From an uncultured Aliarcobacter sp. (lineage in GTDB: Bacteria > Campylobacterota > Campylobacteria > Campylobacterales > Arcobacteraceae): DNA of 64,000 nucleotides. The stretch is taken from NCBI GenBank assembly GCA_963664305.2, contig CAXXLV010000001.1, forward strand, positions 32,001-96,000, given 5' to 3'. The stretch's first letter is position 1; each line of letters opens with the position of its first letter. Below, piece after piece: positions 31,967-41,001 of this stretch. Under the pieces are notes generated by a model. That model was not told the DNA's origin and ran no database searches. It saw only the letters and a list, made by a program, of their open reading frames with translations. The translations under genes and the position numbers were made by a program.

Positions 31967-32639
31967 CAATTTTATAACCACTGTTTGTAAGATTTAAAAT
32001 CAAATCTTTTGGAATTTTTGTTTTTATATTTTTAACTAATGTTTTCAAAGCATCTTTTGTCATAACACTATCCGCCCAAACATAGTTTTCAATCTCTTCA
32101 TAAGTTACATATCTATTTTTGTTTTTTATTAGTAATTCTAAAAATAAAATCTCTTTTGTTCTTAACTTTACTATTTCATTATTTATTACTAAATTTTTAT
32201 TAAATGTATCAAAATATATTTCATCATCAATTTGCACAATATTTGAAACATCATCTTTCAATGAATTAACACATAAAAACAATGCCTCTTCAAACTCTTT
32301 TTCCTTTACAGGTTTTACAAGATATTTTACAAGTTGAAGCTCTATTGCTTTCAATAAATACTCTTTATCACAAAATGCTGTAATAACAATAATTTGTGTT
32401 TTTTTATCTTTTTGTCTTATTCTTTTTACAAATTCTAAACCATTTAATTTTGGCATTTGAATATCTGTTATTATAATATCTGGTTTATATTTTTCATAAA
32501 GTTGCAAAGCAATTATCGCATCACTTGCTTCATATATAGTTTCAAAAAAGTTTTCTAGATATTCAATCCCGTTTTCTCTTGCGATTTCATCATCTTCAAC
32601 ATACAGAATTTTTATATTTTTATTGATATTTTTTAACAT
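31959..32639 (-). CDS. OmpR-family response regulator
   Basis: Receiver motifs VEDD, TDIQMP and KP; winged-helix C-terminus (LKTLVKNIKTK, GYKI). Confidence 0.93.
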   Translation of the reverse strand: MLKNINKNIKILYVEDDEIARENGIEYLENFFETIYEASDAIIALQLYEKYKPDIIITDIQMPKLNGLEFVKRIRQKDKKTQIIVITAFCDKEYLLKAIELQLVKYLVKPVKEKEFEEALFLCVNSLKDDVSNIVQIDDEIYFDTFNKNLVINNEIVKLRTKEILFLELLIKNKNRYVTYEEIENYVWADSVMTKDALKTLVKNIKTKIPKDLILNLTNSGYKIDV

Positions 32640-32680
32640 TTAAAATTATATCTTATATATGATTATGTTAGAATTCCGCC

Positions 32681-33196
32681 ATGAGAAAATATAATTTTGA
32701 AACAAAAGAAGTTATTGTTACAACGACTTTTTCAACACCTTTTGGTGAAATGTTTGCAGCTGCATCTAAAAAAGGAATTGTAATACTTTCTTCATTTACA
32801 CCTTTTCATATTGAAGCAAAAATTGAAGTTTTAAAAAATACATTAAACGCAGATGTAATTCCAGGAAACTGTGAAGCTTTTGAAATTTTAAAAATTCAAT
32901 TAAATGAATATTTCAACAAACAACGAAAAACATTTGAAATTCCACTACAACTTGTTGGTTCTCCTTTTCAGATAAAAGTTTGGAAAGAATTACTAAATAT
33001 TCCTTATGGAAAAACTATAAGTTGTGATGAAATAGCTAAAAAACTTGAAGATGAAAAGTTATCAAAAGCTGTTTCAAATGCAACTTTACAAAATATGATA
33101 GATATTTTAGTTCCAAGTTTTAGAGTAATTTTAGATGAAGTTAAATTTTCAATTGATGAAAAAAACAATTTTTTATTAAAGTTAGAAAAAGAATGA
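32681..33196 (+). CDS. Ogt/alkyltransferase-like protein lacking the catalytic Cys
   Basis: STPFG and GSPFQIKVWKELLNIPYG are Ogt-like, but PCHRV is replaced by PSFRV. Confidence 0.8.
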   Translation: MRKYNFETKEVIVTTTFSTPFGEMFAAASKKGIVILSSFTPFHIEAKIEVLKNTLNADVIPGNCEAFEILKIQLNEYFNKQRKTFEIPLQLVGSPFQIKVWKELLNIPYGKTISCDEIAKKLEDEKLSKAVSNATLQNMIDILVPSFRVILDEVKFSIDEKNNFLLKLEKE

Positions 33197-34602
33197 TAAG
33201 CAAAACAATTTTTAGACAATATGATATTCGTGGTATTGTAAATGAGGATTTAACCTATGAAAATGCCAAATTAATTGGTTATTATCTAGGATGTCATATA
33301 AAAGAAAAAACAAAAACTATGCCATATATTGTTGTTGGTTATGATGTTAGAACTCACTCTCAAATGCTTTTTAATGGATTAATTTCTGGAATTAATCTCT
33401 CAGGTTGTAAAGTTTTAAATATTGGACTTGTAGCAACTGGAGTAAATTATTTTGCTTCTTTTCAAGAATTTTTAATAGATGATAAAAAAATAAAACCTAA
33501 TGCTTCAATTATGATTACAGGAAGTCATAATGCTAAAAAATATAATGGATTTAAAATCACCATAAACAACGAACCATTTTTTGGAGATGAACTAATCTCT
33601 TTATATGAAGAAATAACAAAAAATCCAAATATACAAATTCCAGACAATTTTGATTTTATAGAACTTGATGCTAAAAATTTATATATAGATTTTATGGTTA
33701 ATCAGTTCTCACACCTAAAAGATTTTAAAATTCCTTTTATTGTTGATTGTGGAAATGGAGTTGCAAATACTGTTTTATGTGATATTTTAGATAAATTAAA
33801 TCTAAATTATAAAGGAATTCATCTAAATCCAGATGGAGAGTTTCCAAATCATCATCCAGACCCAACAAATGAAAAAAATTTAGAAGATTTAAAAGCTTTA
33901 TTGATTGATGATTATAACTTAGGTTTTGCCTATGATGGAGATGCAGATAGAATTGCCGTGTTAACTCAAAAATATAATATAAAAGGCGATATGTTAGCCC
34001 TACTTTTTTCAAAAACTATGAAAAACCCAGTTATTATTGGAGAAGTAACATATTCACAAAATATTTTTGAAGAGTTAAATCATGAAGCAAAAACTATTAT
34101 GAATAAAACTGGTTATTCAAATTTAAGACTAAAACTAAAAGAGTTAAATGCTGATTTAGCAGCTGAAGTTTCAGGACATATATTCTTCAATGATAGATAT
34201 TATGGGTATGATGATGCAATTTATGCAACATTTAGAGTAATAGAACTTTTGTATGAAGGAATAAATCTAGATATTGAATTAGATAAACTTCCAAAAGTTT
34301 ATACAAGTTCAAATATTGAAATAAATGTAAATGAAAAAGATAAATTTTTAATCATAAAAAAAATTGATGAAAAATTAAAAACTATTCAAAGAGGTTTTCC
34401 AATAATCAAAGATATAGTCAAAATAGATGGTCTTAGAATAAATTTTGAGTATGGTTTTGCTTTGATTCGTGCTTCAAACACAAATTCTGTAATAGTTACA
34501 AAATATGAAGCTACAAGCTACGCAACAGCTGTTAGTTACAAGGTTGCAGTTGAAAATATTTTAAATGAGGTAATAAATGAAATTAATAGCTCTACAAATT
34601 AA
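33193..34602 (+). CDS. Phosphomannomutase/phosphoglucomutase (AlgC-like)
   Basis: FRQYDIRG, TGSHN, DGDADR, EVSGH and RASNT motifs. Confidence 0.93.
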   Translation: MISKTIFRQYDIRGIVNEDLTYENAKLIGYYLGCHIKEKTKTMPYIVVGYDVRTHSQMLFNGLISGINLSGCKVLNIGLVATGVNYFASFQEFLIDDKKIKPNASIMITGSHNAKKYNGFKITINNEPFFGDELISLYEEITKNPNIQIPDNFDFIELDAKNLYIDFMVNQFSHLKDFKIPFIVDCGNGVANTVLCDILDKLNLNYKGIHLNPDGEFPNHHPDPTNEKNLEDLKALLIDDYNLGFAYDGDADRIAVLTQKYNIKGDMLALLFSKTMKNPVIIGEVTYSQNIFEELNHEAKTIMNKTGYSNLRLKLKELNADLAAEVSGHIFFNDRYYGYDDAIYATFRVIELLYEGINLDIELDKLPKVYTSSNIEINVNEKDKFLIIKKIDEKLKTIQRGFPIIKDIVKIDGLRINFEYGFALIRASNTNSVIVTKYEATSYATAVSYKVAVENILNEVINEINSSTN

Positions 34603-35299
34603 AACATCAAATAATTTTCAAGAAAATCTTGATAATTTAAAAGAATTAATAAATTCATGTGAAGAAAACTCTTTAATTTTAGCTCCTGAATTAGCTTTGA
34701 GTGGATTTTCTTATGATAGAATGGACGAAGCTTCATCTTTTTCAATAAAAGCTATTGATGAAATAAAATTATTAAGCCATAATAAAATTATTTCTTTAAC
34801 ATTTATTACAAAAAAAGATGGGAATTTTTTTAATACGTTATATATATTTCATAATAAAAAAATCATTCATACACAATCAAAAATAAAACTTTTTCCTCTT
34901 GGAAATGAACTAGAATATTTTAGTTCAGGAAATTTAAATGATTTAAAAATCTTAGAAATCAATGGTATTAAAATAGCAACTTTAATTTGTTTTGAATTAA
35001 GATTTCCAGAATTATGGGAAAAAATAAAAGGTGCTGATATTATATTAAATCCAGCAATGTGGGGATTAAAAAGAAAAGACCATTATGAATCTATTTCAAA
35101 GGCATTAGCTCTTGTTAATCAATGTTTTGTAATTGCTTGCAACAGTGCAGATGATAACATGGCAAAAGGTAGTGCGATTATAAGTCCATTTGGAAATGTA
35201 ATTAAAGATGATTCAAAAATTAAGATTGAAAGTGATTTTGATTTTGAAGAGATAAATAAAGTTAGAAAATATATTGATATTGGATTAAATAAAAAGTGA
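34577..35299 (+). CDS. Carbon-nitrogen hydrolase (nitrilase family)
   Basis: E-K-C triad: APE, KLF, ICFELRFPE. Confidence 0.9.
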   Translation: MKLIALQIKTSNNFQENLDNLKELINSCEENSLILAPELALSGFSYDRMDEASSFSIKAIDEIKLLSHNKIISLTFITKKDGNFFNTLYIFHNKKIIHTQSKIKLFPLGNELEYFSSGNLNDLKILEINGIKIATLICFELRFPELWEKIKGADIILNPAMWGLKRKDHYESISKALALVNQCFVIACNSADDNMAKGSAIISPFGNVIKDDSKIKIESDFDFEEINKVRKYIDIGLNKK

Positions 35300-35316
35300 T
35301 TAAAAATAGATTAGTA

Positions 35317-35526
35317 TTAATCTACTTTTAATGAATTTCTAATTTCCTCTAAAGGAACACCACTTTTTTTAGCAAGAAGTGCTAATTTTGTAATTCTTCT
35401 AATATGTGAAGGTATTACTTTATATGTTGTAAAAGTTGATGCTTTTACACCTATTTCCTCTGCAAATTTACCTTGAGAAGAGAACCCTATCTCTTTAATT
35501 ATTTTCTTAAATTCTTTTTTTTCCAA
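35317..35526 (-). CDS. Small HTH-like protein
   Basis: SQGKFAEEIGVKASTF resembles an XRE-type HTH; TTG start. Confidence 0.6.
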   Translation of the reverse strand: MEKKEFKKIIKEIGFSSQGKFAEEIGVKASTFTTYKVIPSHIRRITKLALLAKKSGVPLEEIRNSLKVD

Positions 35527-35689
35527 TGTCTACTGTTCTCATAAAATTTTTTTGGAATTATAGTTTGAATAAACTAAATAAATTATTAATCAATCCCCAA
35601 AAAACAAGCAAAACATAGTAATATTTGACAAATTTTGAATTTTTAGCTACAATTGACCCCTTTAAAAAAGAAAAACAAAGGAGAAAAAA

Positions 35690-36187
35690 TTGAGATTAAG
35701 AGTAATTTTACTTATTCTACTATTCATTTCTAATGTTTTTGCATCAGATTTTGATATTAAAAACTTAACACAACAAGAAATTGAAACATTAAAAGAAATA
35801 AAAAGACAAGGCCAAGAACATGGGCTTAGTTACTCATTGATGGCAATTGCAATTAAAGAGTCAGGACTAGGGAAAGTGATGATAAATTTAGATTCAAAAG
35901 ATTTTGGAATTTATCAAGCTAACATAAAAACTGTAATTAATAGACAAAATGTAAAAGATACTTCATGGAATAGAAATATGTTTGCAACAAAATTAATTTC
36001 AGATTTCCAATTTGCAACAAAAAATGCAATTGATGAATTAGTTTATTGGCAAAAAATCCACAAAAATGATTGGTCAAAAGTTTGGAGCAGTTATAATGGT
36101 GGATGGAAATACAATAGTAAAGAAGCAAAAGAATATTCTCAAGAAATAGCTGCGATTATTAGAGAACTAAGAAAAATAGACGTTTAA
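35690..36187 (+). CDS. Exported lysozyme-like / SLT transglycosylase-domain protein
   Basis: Signal peptide; IAIKES (catalytic Glu), GIYQ and YNGG motifs. Downstream hairpin TTAACTAGGAA-T-TTCCTAGTTAA. Confidence 0.75.
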   Translation: MRLRVILLILLFISNVFASDFDIKNLTQQEIETLKEIKRQGQEHGLSYSLMAIAIKESGLGKVMINLDSKDFGIYQANIKTVINRQNVKDTSWNRNMFATKLISDFQFATKNAIDELVYWQKIHKNDWSKVWSSYNGGWKYNSKEAKEYSQEIAAIIRELRKIDV

Positions 36188-36268
36188 AAATTTTTAACTA
36201 GGAATTTCCTAGTTAATCTCTTCCAAATAAAAATCTTTATAAAAAATCAAAAAACTTTTTAATTTAAT

Positions 36269-36336
36269 TGATAATCATTCTTAATATTAATAAAAGATTA
36301 AGTTTTATTCCAATATTATTTCAATAATGATTATCA
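36269..36336. promoter_or_regulatory. Two Fur boxes upstream of the peptide-DUF2325-fldA operon
   Basis: TGATAATCATTCTTA (36269-36283) and CAATAATGATTATCA (36322-36336), each with 2 mismatches to the 7-1-7 consensus. Confidence 0.75.
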
Positions 36337-36352
36337 ATATAAAGGATAAAAA

Positions 36353-36412
36353 ATGTTTGAAAATTTTGAAAATAAAAAAGATCTTGTAAAACCAACTGGT
36401 TGTACTTGTTAA
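36353..36412 (+). CDS. Unannotated 19-aa peptide MFENFENKKDLVKPTGCTC
   Basis: AAGGA RBS at suitable spacing, ATG, host-like codons, TAA TAA stop, and 13 nt to the next ATG. Confidence 0.6.
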   Translation: MFENFENKKDLVKPTGCTC

Positions 36413-36425
36413 TAAAGGGTTTATA

Positions 36426-36761
36426 ATGAGTATTCTAATTATTGGAGGAGATCAAATCTCTCAAATCTCAACAATGCTTACTGAACTTGGTGCAAAAACA
36501 ATAAATCATTGGGATGCTAGAAAAAAATCATCTGCACCCAAAAAGAAAGTACCACAAGATACAGATTGTATAGTAATGCTTACATCTTTTTTGAATCATA
36601 ACACAATGTTAAAATATAAAAATGAAGCAAAAAAGAAAAATATTCCATTTATCTGTGCAAAAAGATCAATAAATTGTGTTTATGATGAATATATAAAAAT
36701 AATGGGTATAAAAGATTGTAAAGAATGTTATGCAAATTGCGATAAGGAATTAAAATGTTAG
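36426..36761 (+). CDS. DUF2325 family protein with Cys-rich C-terminus
   Basis: MSILIIGGD, HWDAR, IVMLTSFLNHN and IPFICAKRS pattern; CKECYANC..C tail. Confidence 0.8.
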   Translation: MSILIIGGDQISQISTMLTELGAKTINHWDARKKSSAPKKKVPQDTDCIVMLTSFLNHNTMLKYKNEAKKKNIPFICAKRSINCVYDEYIKIMGIKDCKECYANCDKELKC

Positions 36762-37510
36762 AAAATAATTTAATAGGTTTTTCTCAAGAAAAAGAGTATT
36801 TACCAAAGGATTTTGATGAATTTAACTCATTAAATAGATTGAGACAATTGTTTCTAAACTTAAGTAACAATATTTTAAATTCTTATTGTCATTTTACAAA
36901 ATATGAACAAAAAGCTTTATCTAATTATGATTTAGAAAAAGCATTTACATATAAAATAAAAAAAATGCAACCATTAAGTTTTATAAAAACAAATAGACAA
37001 ACAAGCAAAAGCTTTAAATTTTGTCTAAATTCAACAAAAATAATTAACAACTATTTTAATACAAACAAAGAATCTATTTTTATTTCAAACAGCAAACTTT
37101 TACCTTTAGCAAAACTAATTTCAGTATGTTATGTAAATAACAAACTTCAATTATTGATTGATAAACATTTACTATTTCATGAATTCGTTTTAAAAAAGAT
37201 AAAAAAACTTCATAATGATAAAACTGTTATAGATTTAGGTAATGCTATCTGTATCAAATCTGATGATTTTGTAGGACTTAAAATCTATACTTCTTGGAAA
37301 GATATTGAGGTAAAAAAACCAAATATAAAAGATGAATTGGAAAGTGCAATTAAATCTATAAAAAAAGGCGAATATTTTCAAATATATTTAGCCTATCCAA
37401 AAAACAATGAATTTACAAAACAAATACCTGTTTATGTAGATGAGTTAAAAAATAAAGAGTATCAAATAAAAGCTATTCCTTACTCTTTAAGATCAATTAT
37501 AAAAAATTAA
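36755..37510 (+). CDS. Hypothetical protein, remote degenerate McrC-like
   Basis: LAKLI...LIDKHLLFHEFV...IYTSWK...YLAYPK parallels McrC-family motif order. The ORF itself is clear; the family call is tentative. Confidence 0.5.
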   Translation: MLENNLIGFSQEKEYLPKDFDEFNSLNRLRQLFLNLSNNILNSYCHFTKYEQKALSNYDLEKAFTYKIKKMQPLSFIKTNRQTSKSFKFCLNSTKIINNYFNTNKESIFISNSKLLPLAKLISVCYVNNKLQLLIDKHLLFHEFVLKKIKKLHNDKTVIDLGNAICIKSDDFVGLKIYTSWKDIEVKKPNIKDELESAIKSIKKGEYFQIYLAYPKNNEFTKQIPVYVDELKNKEYQIKAIPYSLRSIIKN

Positions 37511-37534
37511 TACTATTTATTAGGAGAACATAAA

Positions 37535-38032
37535 ATGGCAACAGCAATATTTTTTGCAAGTAGTACAGGAAATTCAGAAGAAATAGCAAATAAAATTGCT
37601 TCTAAATTAGGAGATATTGAAGTTTTTGATTTAGCTGGAACTAAAATTGATAAAATCAATAACTATGACAAATTAATTCTTGGGGGCTCAACTTGGGGTG
37701 ATGGAGAATTAAATGATGATTGGGAAGATGCATGGGGCGATTTTTGTAAATTGGATTTATCAAATAAAACTGTTGCTCTTTTTGGTTTAGGTGACCAAGA
37801 AAGTTATAGTGATGAATTTTGTAGTGCAATGGGAATTATTTATGAACAATTACAATCAAACAATGTAAAAGTTGTTGGTTTCACTTCAACAGATGGATAT
37901 TATCATGATGGTTCAAAAGCTCAAATTGACGGTAATTTTGTTGGATTAGTAATTGATGAAGATAATCAAAGTGATTTAACTGATGAAAGAATTGAAAATT
38001 GGGTAAATGAAATTAAATCAGAAATTTTATAA
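37535..38032 (+). CDS. fldA: Long-chain flavodoxin
   Basis: SSTGNSE, GSTWGDGEL, FGLGDQESY, FVGLVIDEDNQ. Confidence 0.95.
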   Translation: MATAIFFASSTGNSEEIANKIASKLGDIEVFDLAGTKIDKINNYDKLILGGSTWGDGELNDDWEDAWGDFCKLDLSNKTVALFGLGDQESYSDEFCSAMGIIYEQLQSNNVKVVGFTSTDGYYHDGSKAQIDGNFVGLVIDEDNQSDLTDERIENWVNEIKSEIL

Positions 38033-38039
38033 TTAAAAA

Positions 38040-38069
38040 TAGTATATTAAGAAATTCTTAATATACTAC
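38040..38069. terminator. Hairpin between convergent fldA and fur
   Basis: TAGTATATTAA-gaaattct-TTAATATACTA. Confidence 0.55.
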
Positions 38070-38518
38070 TAATCTTGACAACTTTCGCAAGTTCCATATA
38101 ATTGCATAGAGTGACTTGTTATTTTAAATTTATTTTTTTTAGCAATTTTGTCTTGTCTTTTTTCAATTTCATCATCAATAAATTCTATAATTTTGCCACA
38201 ACTTGTACATATTAAATGGTCATGATGAGATTTTGAATTACTTTCGTATTTTTTTCCATCTGTTCCAAAAGTAATTGAAGTAATTAAATCTACTTCTTCT
38301 AAAAAACTAAGAGCTCTATATACAGTTGCAATTCCAATGTTTGACTCTTTATAATCTTTTTTTATTTGATTATAAATTTCTTCAGCAGTTAAATGTTCTT
38401 TTGCATGTAATAAAATATTTAAAACGATCTCTCTTTGCTCAGTATATTTAAGACCTTTTTGCTTTACTATTTTTTTTAATTCATCAATTATTTCTTCATT
38501 ATTGTTTTCAGTTAACAT
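38069..38518 (-). CDS. fur: Ferric uptake regulator
   Basis: TEQR, HLTAEE, GIATVYR, HHDHLICTSCG, CESC. ATG at 38518 with AGGGTG RBS is preferred to the ORF-track start at 38602. Confidence 0.93.
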   Translation of the reverse strand: MLTENNNEEIIDELKKIVKQKGLKYTEQREIVLNILLHAKEHLTAEEIYNQIKKDYKESNIGIATVYRALSFLEEVDLITSITFGTDGKKYESNSKSHHDHLICTSCGKIIEFIDDEIEKRQDKIAKKNKFKITSHSMQLYGTCESCQD

Positions 38519-38626
38519 TAAAATCACCCTTAAAAAATTATAACTTTTTAGTATATCTAAAACTTCCCCTAAATTACAAATCAGTTTATTGATAGTAATC
38601 AACTATAAGAAAGGGTAATTATATTA

Positions 38627-38641
38627 TAATAATCATTATTA
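38627..38641. promoter_or_regulatory. Fur box in the fur/feoA divergent promoter region
   Basis: TAATAAT-C-ATTATTA, a perfect 7-1-7 palindrome overlapping TATAAT. Confidence 0.75.
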
Positions 38642-38660
38642 ATCCTATCTGAGAAAAAAA

Positions 38661-38888
38661 ATGACTTTAAATGAATTAAAATTGAATGAAAGTGCTCAAA
38701 TTGTTGCAATAAATTGTGACAATATTTTAAAAAATAGACTTTACTCTTTTGGTATAGTAAAAGGTTCAATTGTAACAATCGAAGGTTTAACTCTTACAAA
38801 AAGTACAATCGAAATAAAAGTTAATCAATCTAAAATCGCATTAAGACTAAGTGAAGCTTCAAAAATTGAGGTTGAATATGCAAGATAA
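38661..38888 (+). CDS. feoA: Ferrous iron transport protein A
   Basis: RLYSFGIVKGS and IALRLSEA SH3-like motif; overlaps feoB. Confidence 0.92.
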   Translation: MTLNELKLNESAQIVAINCDNILKNRLYSFGIVKGSIVTIEGLTLTKSTIEIKVNQSKIALRLSEASKIEVEYAR

Positions 38889-40986
38889 AATTATAACAAT
38901 TGCATTAGTAGGTCAACCAAATGTTGGTAAGTCTATGCTTATCAACTCTTTGTCAAATGCTAGATTAAAAGTTGGAAACTTTTCTGGAGTAACAGTTGCA
39001 AAAGAAGAAGTTTTTTTAGAATATAAAGGTTATCAAATTCAAATTATTGATTTACCTGGTGCTTATTCATTAAACAATTATACATTAGAAGAAAAAGTTA
39101 CTAAAGAGTTTTTAGATAATTCTCCATACGATATCATTTTAAATGTTTTAGATTCAACAAACCTACAAAGAAACTTATTTTTAACTGCAGAACTATTAGC
39201 TTTAGATAAAAAAATGATAATTGCACTTAATATGAGTGATGAAGCCCAAAAAGAATCAATAATTATTGATGAAGTTCAACTGAGTAAAATTCTTGGTAAA
39301 CCTTGTATAAAAACAAGTGCTGCAAAAAAAGTAGGTATTCAAAAACTTTTAGATGAAATTGTATTTAAATATGAAAATGAAAAACTTCCAACAAAACTTT
39401 TCTTTTCAAATGTAATAGAAGAAGAGATAGAAGCTATTTCTAAATTATTAGAAGAATGTAATTATAAAACAAATCAAACTTATAGACAAATAGCAATAAA
39501 ACTTTTAAAAGAAGATGTTCAAACATACAAACAACTAAAAGAAGAACCAATTTGGATAAAACTACAAACTGTTTTAAGTGAAGCATTTAAACATTTATAT
39601 ATTCATTATGAAACAAAAAATATGGAAGATATTTTTAATGATGAAAAATTTGCTTTTGCAAAAGGTGCAACAACAGAAACAGTAAAACAATCTTTAAAAA
39701 GAGAAAAAACTTTAACTGAAAAATTTGATTCATTTTTAATTCATAAATTCTTCGGATTACCTATATTTTTATTTTTAATGTGGGGATTATTCCAATTAAC
39801 TTTTGAAATTGGAAGTATTCCAATGGATTTAATTGATGCTTTTTTTGCAAGTATTATTGATAAAACAAAAGAAGTTTTAGGAGATAATCAACTTTCTTCA
39901 ATCATTGGAGATGGTGTAATTGCTGGAGTTGGTTCAGTTATTTTATTTTTACCAAATATTATGATTTTATTTTTTGGTATAGCTTTACTTGAAACAACTG
40001 GTTATATGAGTAGAGTTGCTTTTTTACTTGATGGTTTCTTTCATAAATTTGGACTTCATGGAAAATCTTTTATTCCTTTAGTAACTGGTTTTGGTTGTTC
40101 AGTTCCAGCTTATATGGCTGCACGTACTTTAAAAAATGAAAGAGATAGACTTTTAACTTTATTTATTATTGGATTCATGTCTTGTGGAGCAAGACTTCCA
40201 ATATATGTACTTTTTGTTGGAGCATTTTTTGGACAAAGTAATGCAGGAAATGTATTGTTTTTAATTTATATTTGTGGAGCAATTTTAGGTTTATTTGCAG
40301 CTAAAATATTAAAAATTGTTGTATTTAAAAGTGAAGACGAACCTTTTGTTATGGAAATGCCAAAATATAGAATTCCTTCATTTAAATTAATTTGGCACAC
40401 AGTTTCAAATCAAGCTTTAATGTATTTAAAAAAAGCGGGAACATATATCCTTGCTGCATCATTACTTATTTGGTTTGCAAGTAATTATCCAAAACATCTT
40501 GACGTGGAAAAAGATTTTAATTCAAAAATAGAATTAGCTCAAAATGATGAAGAAAAAATAAATCTACAAAATGAACTAAGTCTTTATAATCTTGAAAATT
40601 CTTATCTTGGTTATCTTGGAAAATTTAGTGAGCCTTTATTTGAACCATTAGGATTTGATTGGAGAATGTCTGTCGCTCTTGAAACTGGACTTGCTGCAAA
40701 AGAGATTGTTGTTTCTACTTTATCAATCCTTTACGGTTTAGGAAGTGATAATAATGAAACATCAGATAGTTTAGTAGAAAAAATTAAAAACAACATTCCT
40801 TTTGCTTCAGCGATGTCATTTATTATATTTGTAATGATTTATTTACCTTGTTTAGCAGCTTCTATGGTATTTGTAAGAGAAGCAGGAAATTGGAAATATT
40901 TATGGTATCTATTTATTTTCACAACATCAACTGCTTGGATAATGTCTTTTATCACGTATAACGTAACAAAATTACTGATAAATTAA
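38878..40986 (+). CDS. feoB: Ferrous iron transport protein B
   Basis: GQPNVGKS, DLPG, NMSD, GFGCSVPA, MSCGARLP and YLPC motifs. Confidence 0.97.
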   Translation: MQDKIITIALVGQPNVGKSMLINSLSNARLKVGNFSGVTVAKEEVFLEYKGYQIQIIDLPGAYSLNNYTLEEKVTKEFLDNSPYDIILNVLDSTNLQRNLFLTAELLALDKKMIIALNMSDEAQKESIIIDEVQLSKILGKPCIKTSAAKKVGIQKLLDEIVFKYENEKLPTKLFFSNVIEEEIEAISKLLEECNYKTNQTYRQIAIKLLKEDVQTYKQLKEEPIWIKLQTVLSEAFKHLYIHYETKNMEDIFNDEKFAFAKGATTETVKQSLKREKTLTEKFDSFLIHKFFGLPIFLFLMWGLFQLTFEIGSIPMDLIDAFFASIIDKTKEVLGDNQLSSIIGDGVIAGVGSVILFLPNIMILFFGIALLETTGYMSRVAFLLDGFFHKFGLHGKSFIPLVTGFGCSVPAYMAARTLKNERDRLLTLFIIGFMSCGARLPIYVLFVGAFFGQSNAGNVLFLIYICGAILGLFAAKILKIVVFKSEDEPFVMEMPKYRIPSFKLIWHTVSNQALMYLKKAGTYILAASLLIWFASNYPKHLDVEKDFNSKIELAQNDEEKINLQNELSLYNLENSYLGYLGKFSEPLFEPLGFDWRMSVALETGLAAKEIVVSTLSILYGLGSDNNETSDSLVEKIKNNIPFASAMSFIIFVMIYLPCLAASMVFVREAGNWKYLWYLFIFTTSTAWIMSFITYNVTKLLIN

Positions 40987-41001
40987 AAAATAAAAAAGTA
41001 T

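Noticed and set aside
38519..38602. N-terminal extensions proposed by the ORF track (fur 38602; also 54456, 48796, 38851, 41412, 41632)
   Set aside because: Downstream starts have better RBSs and family-typical N-termini; the extensions run through promoter or neighbouring-gene sequence.
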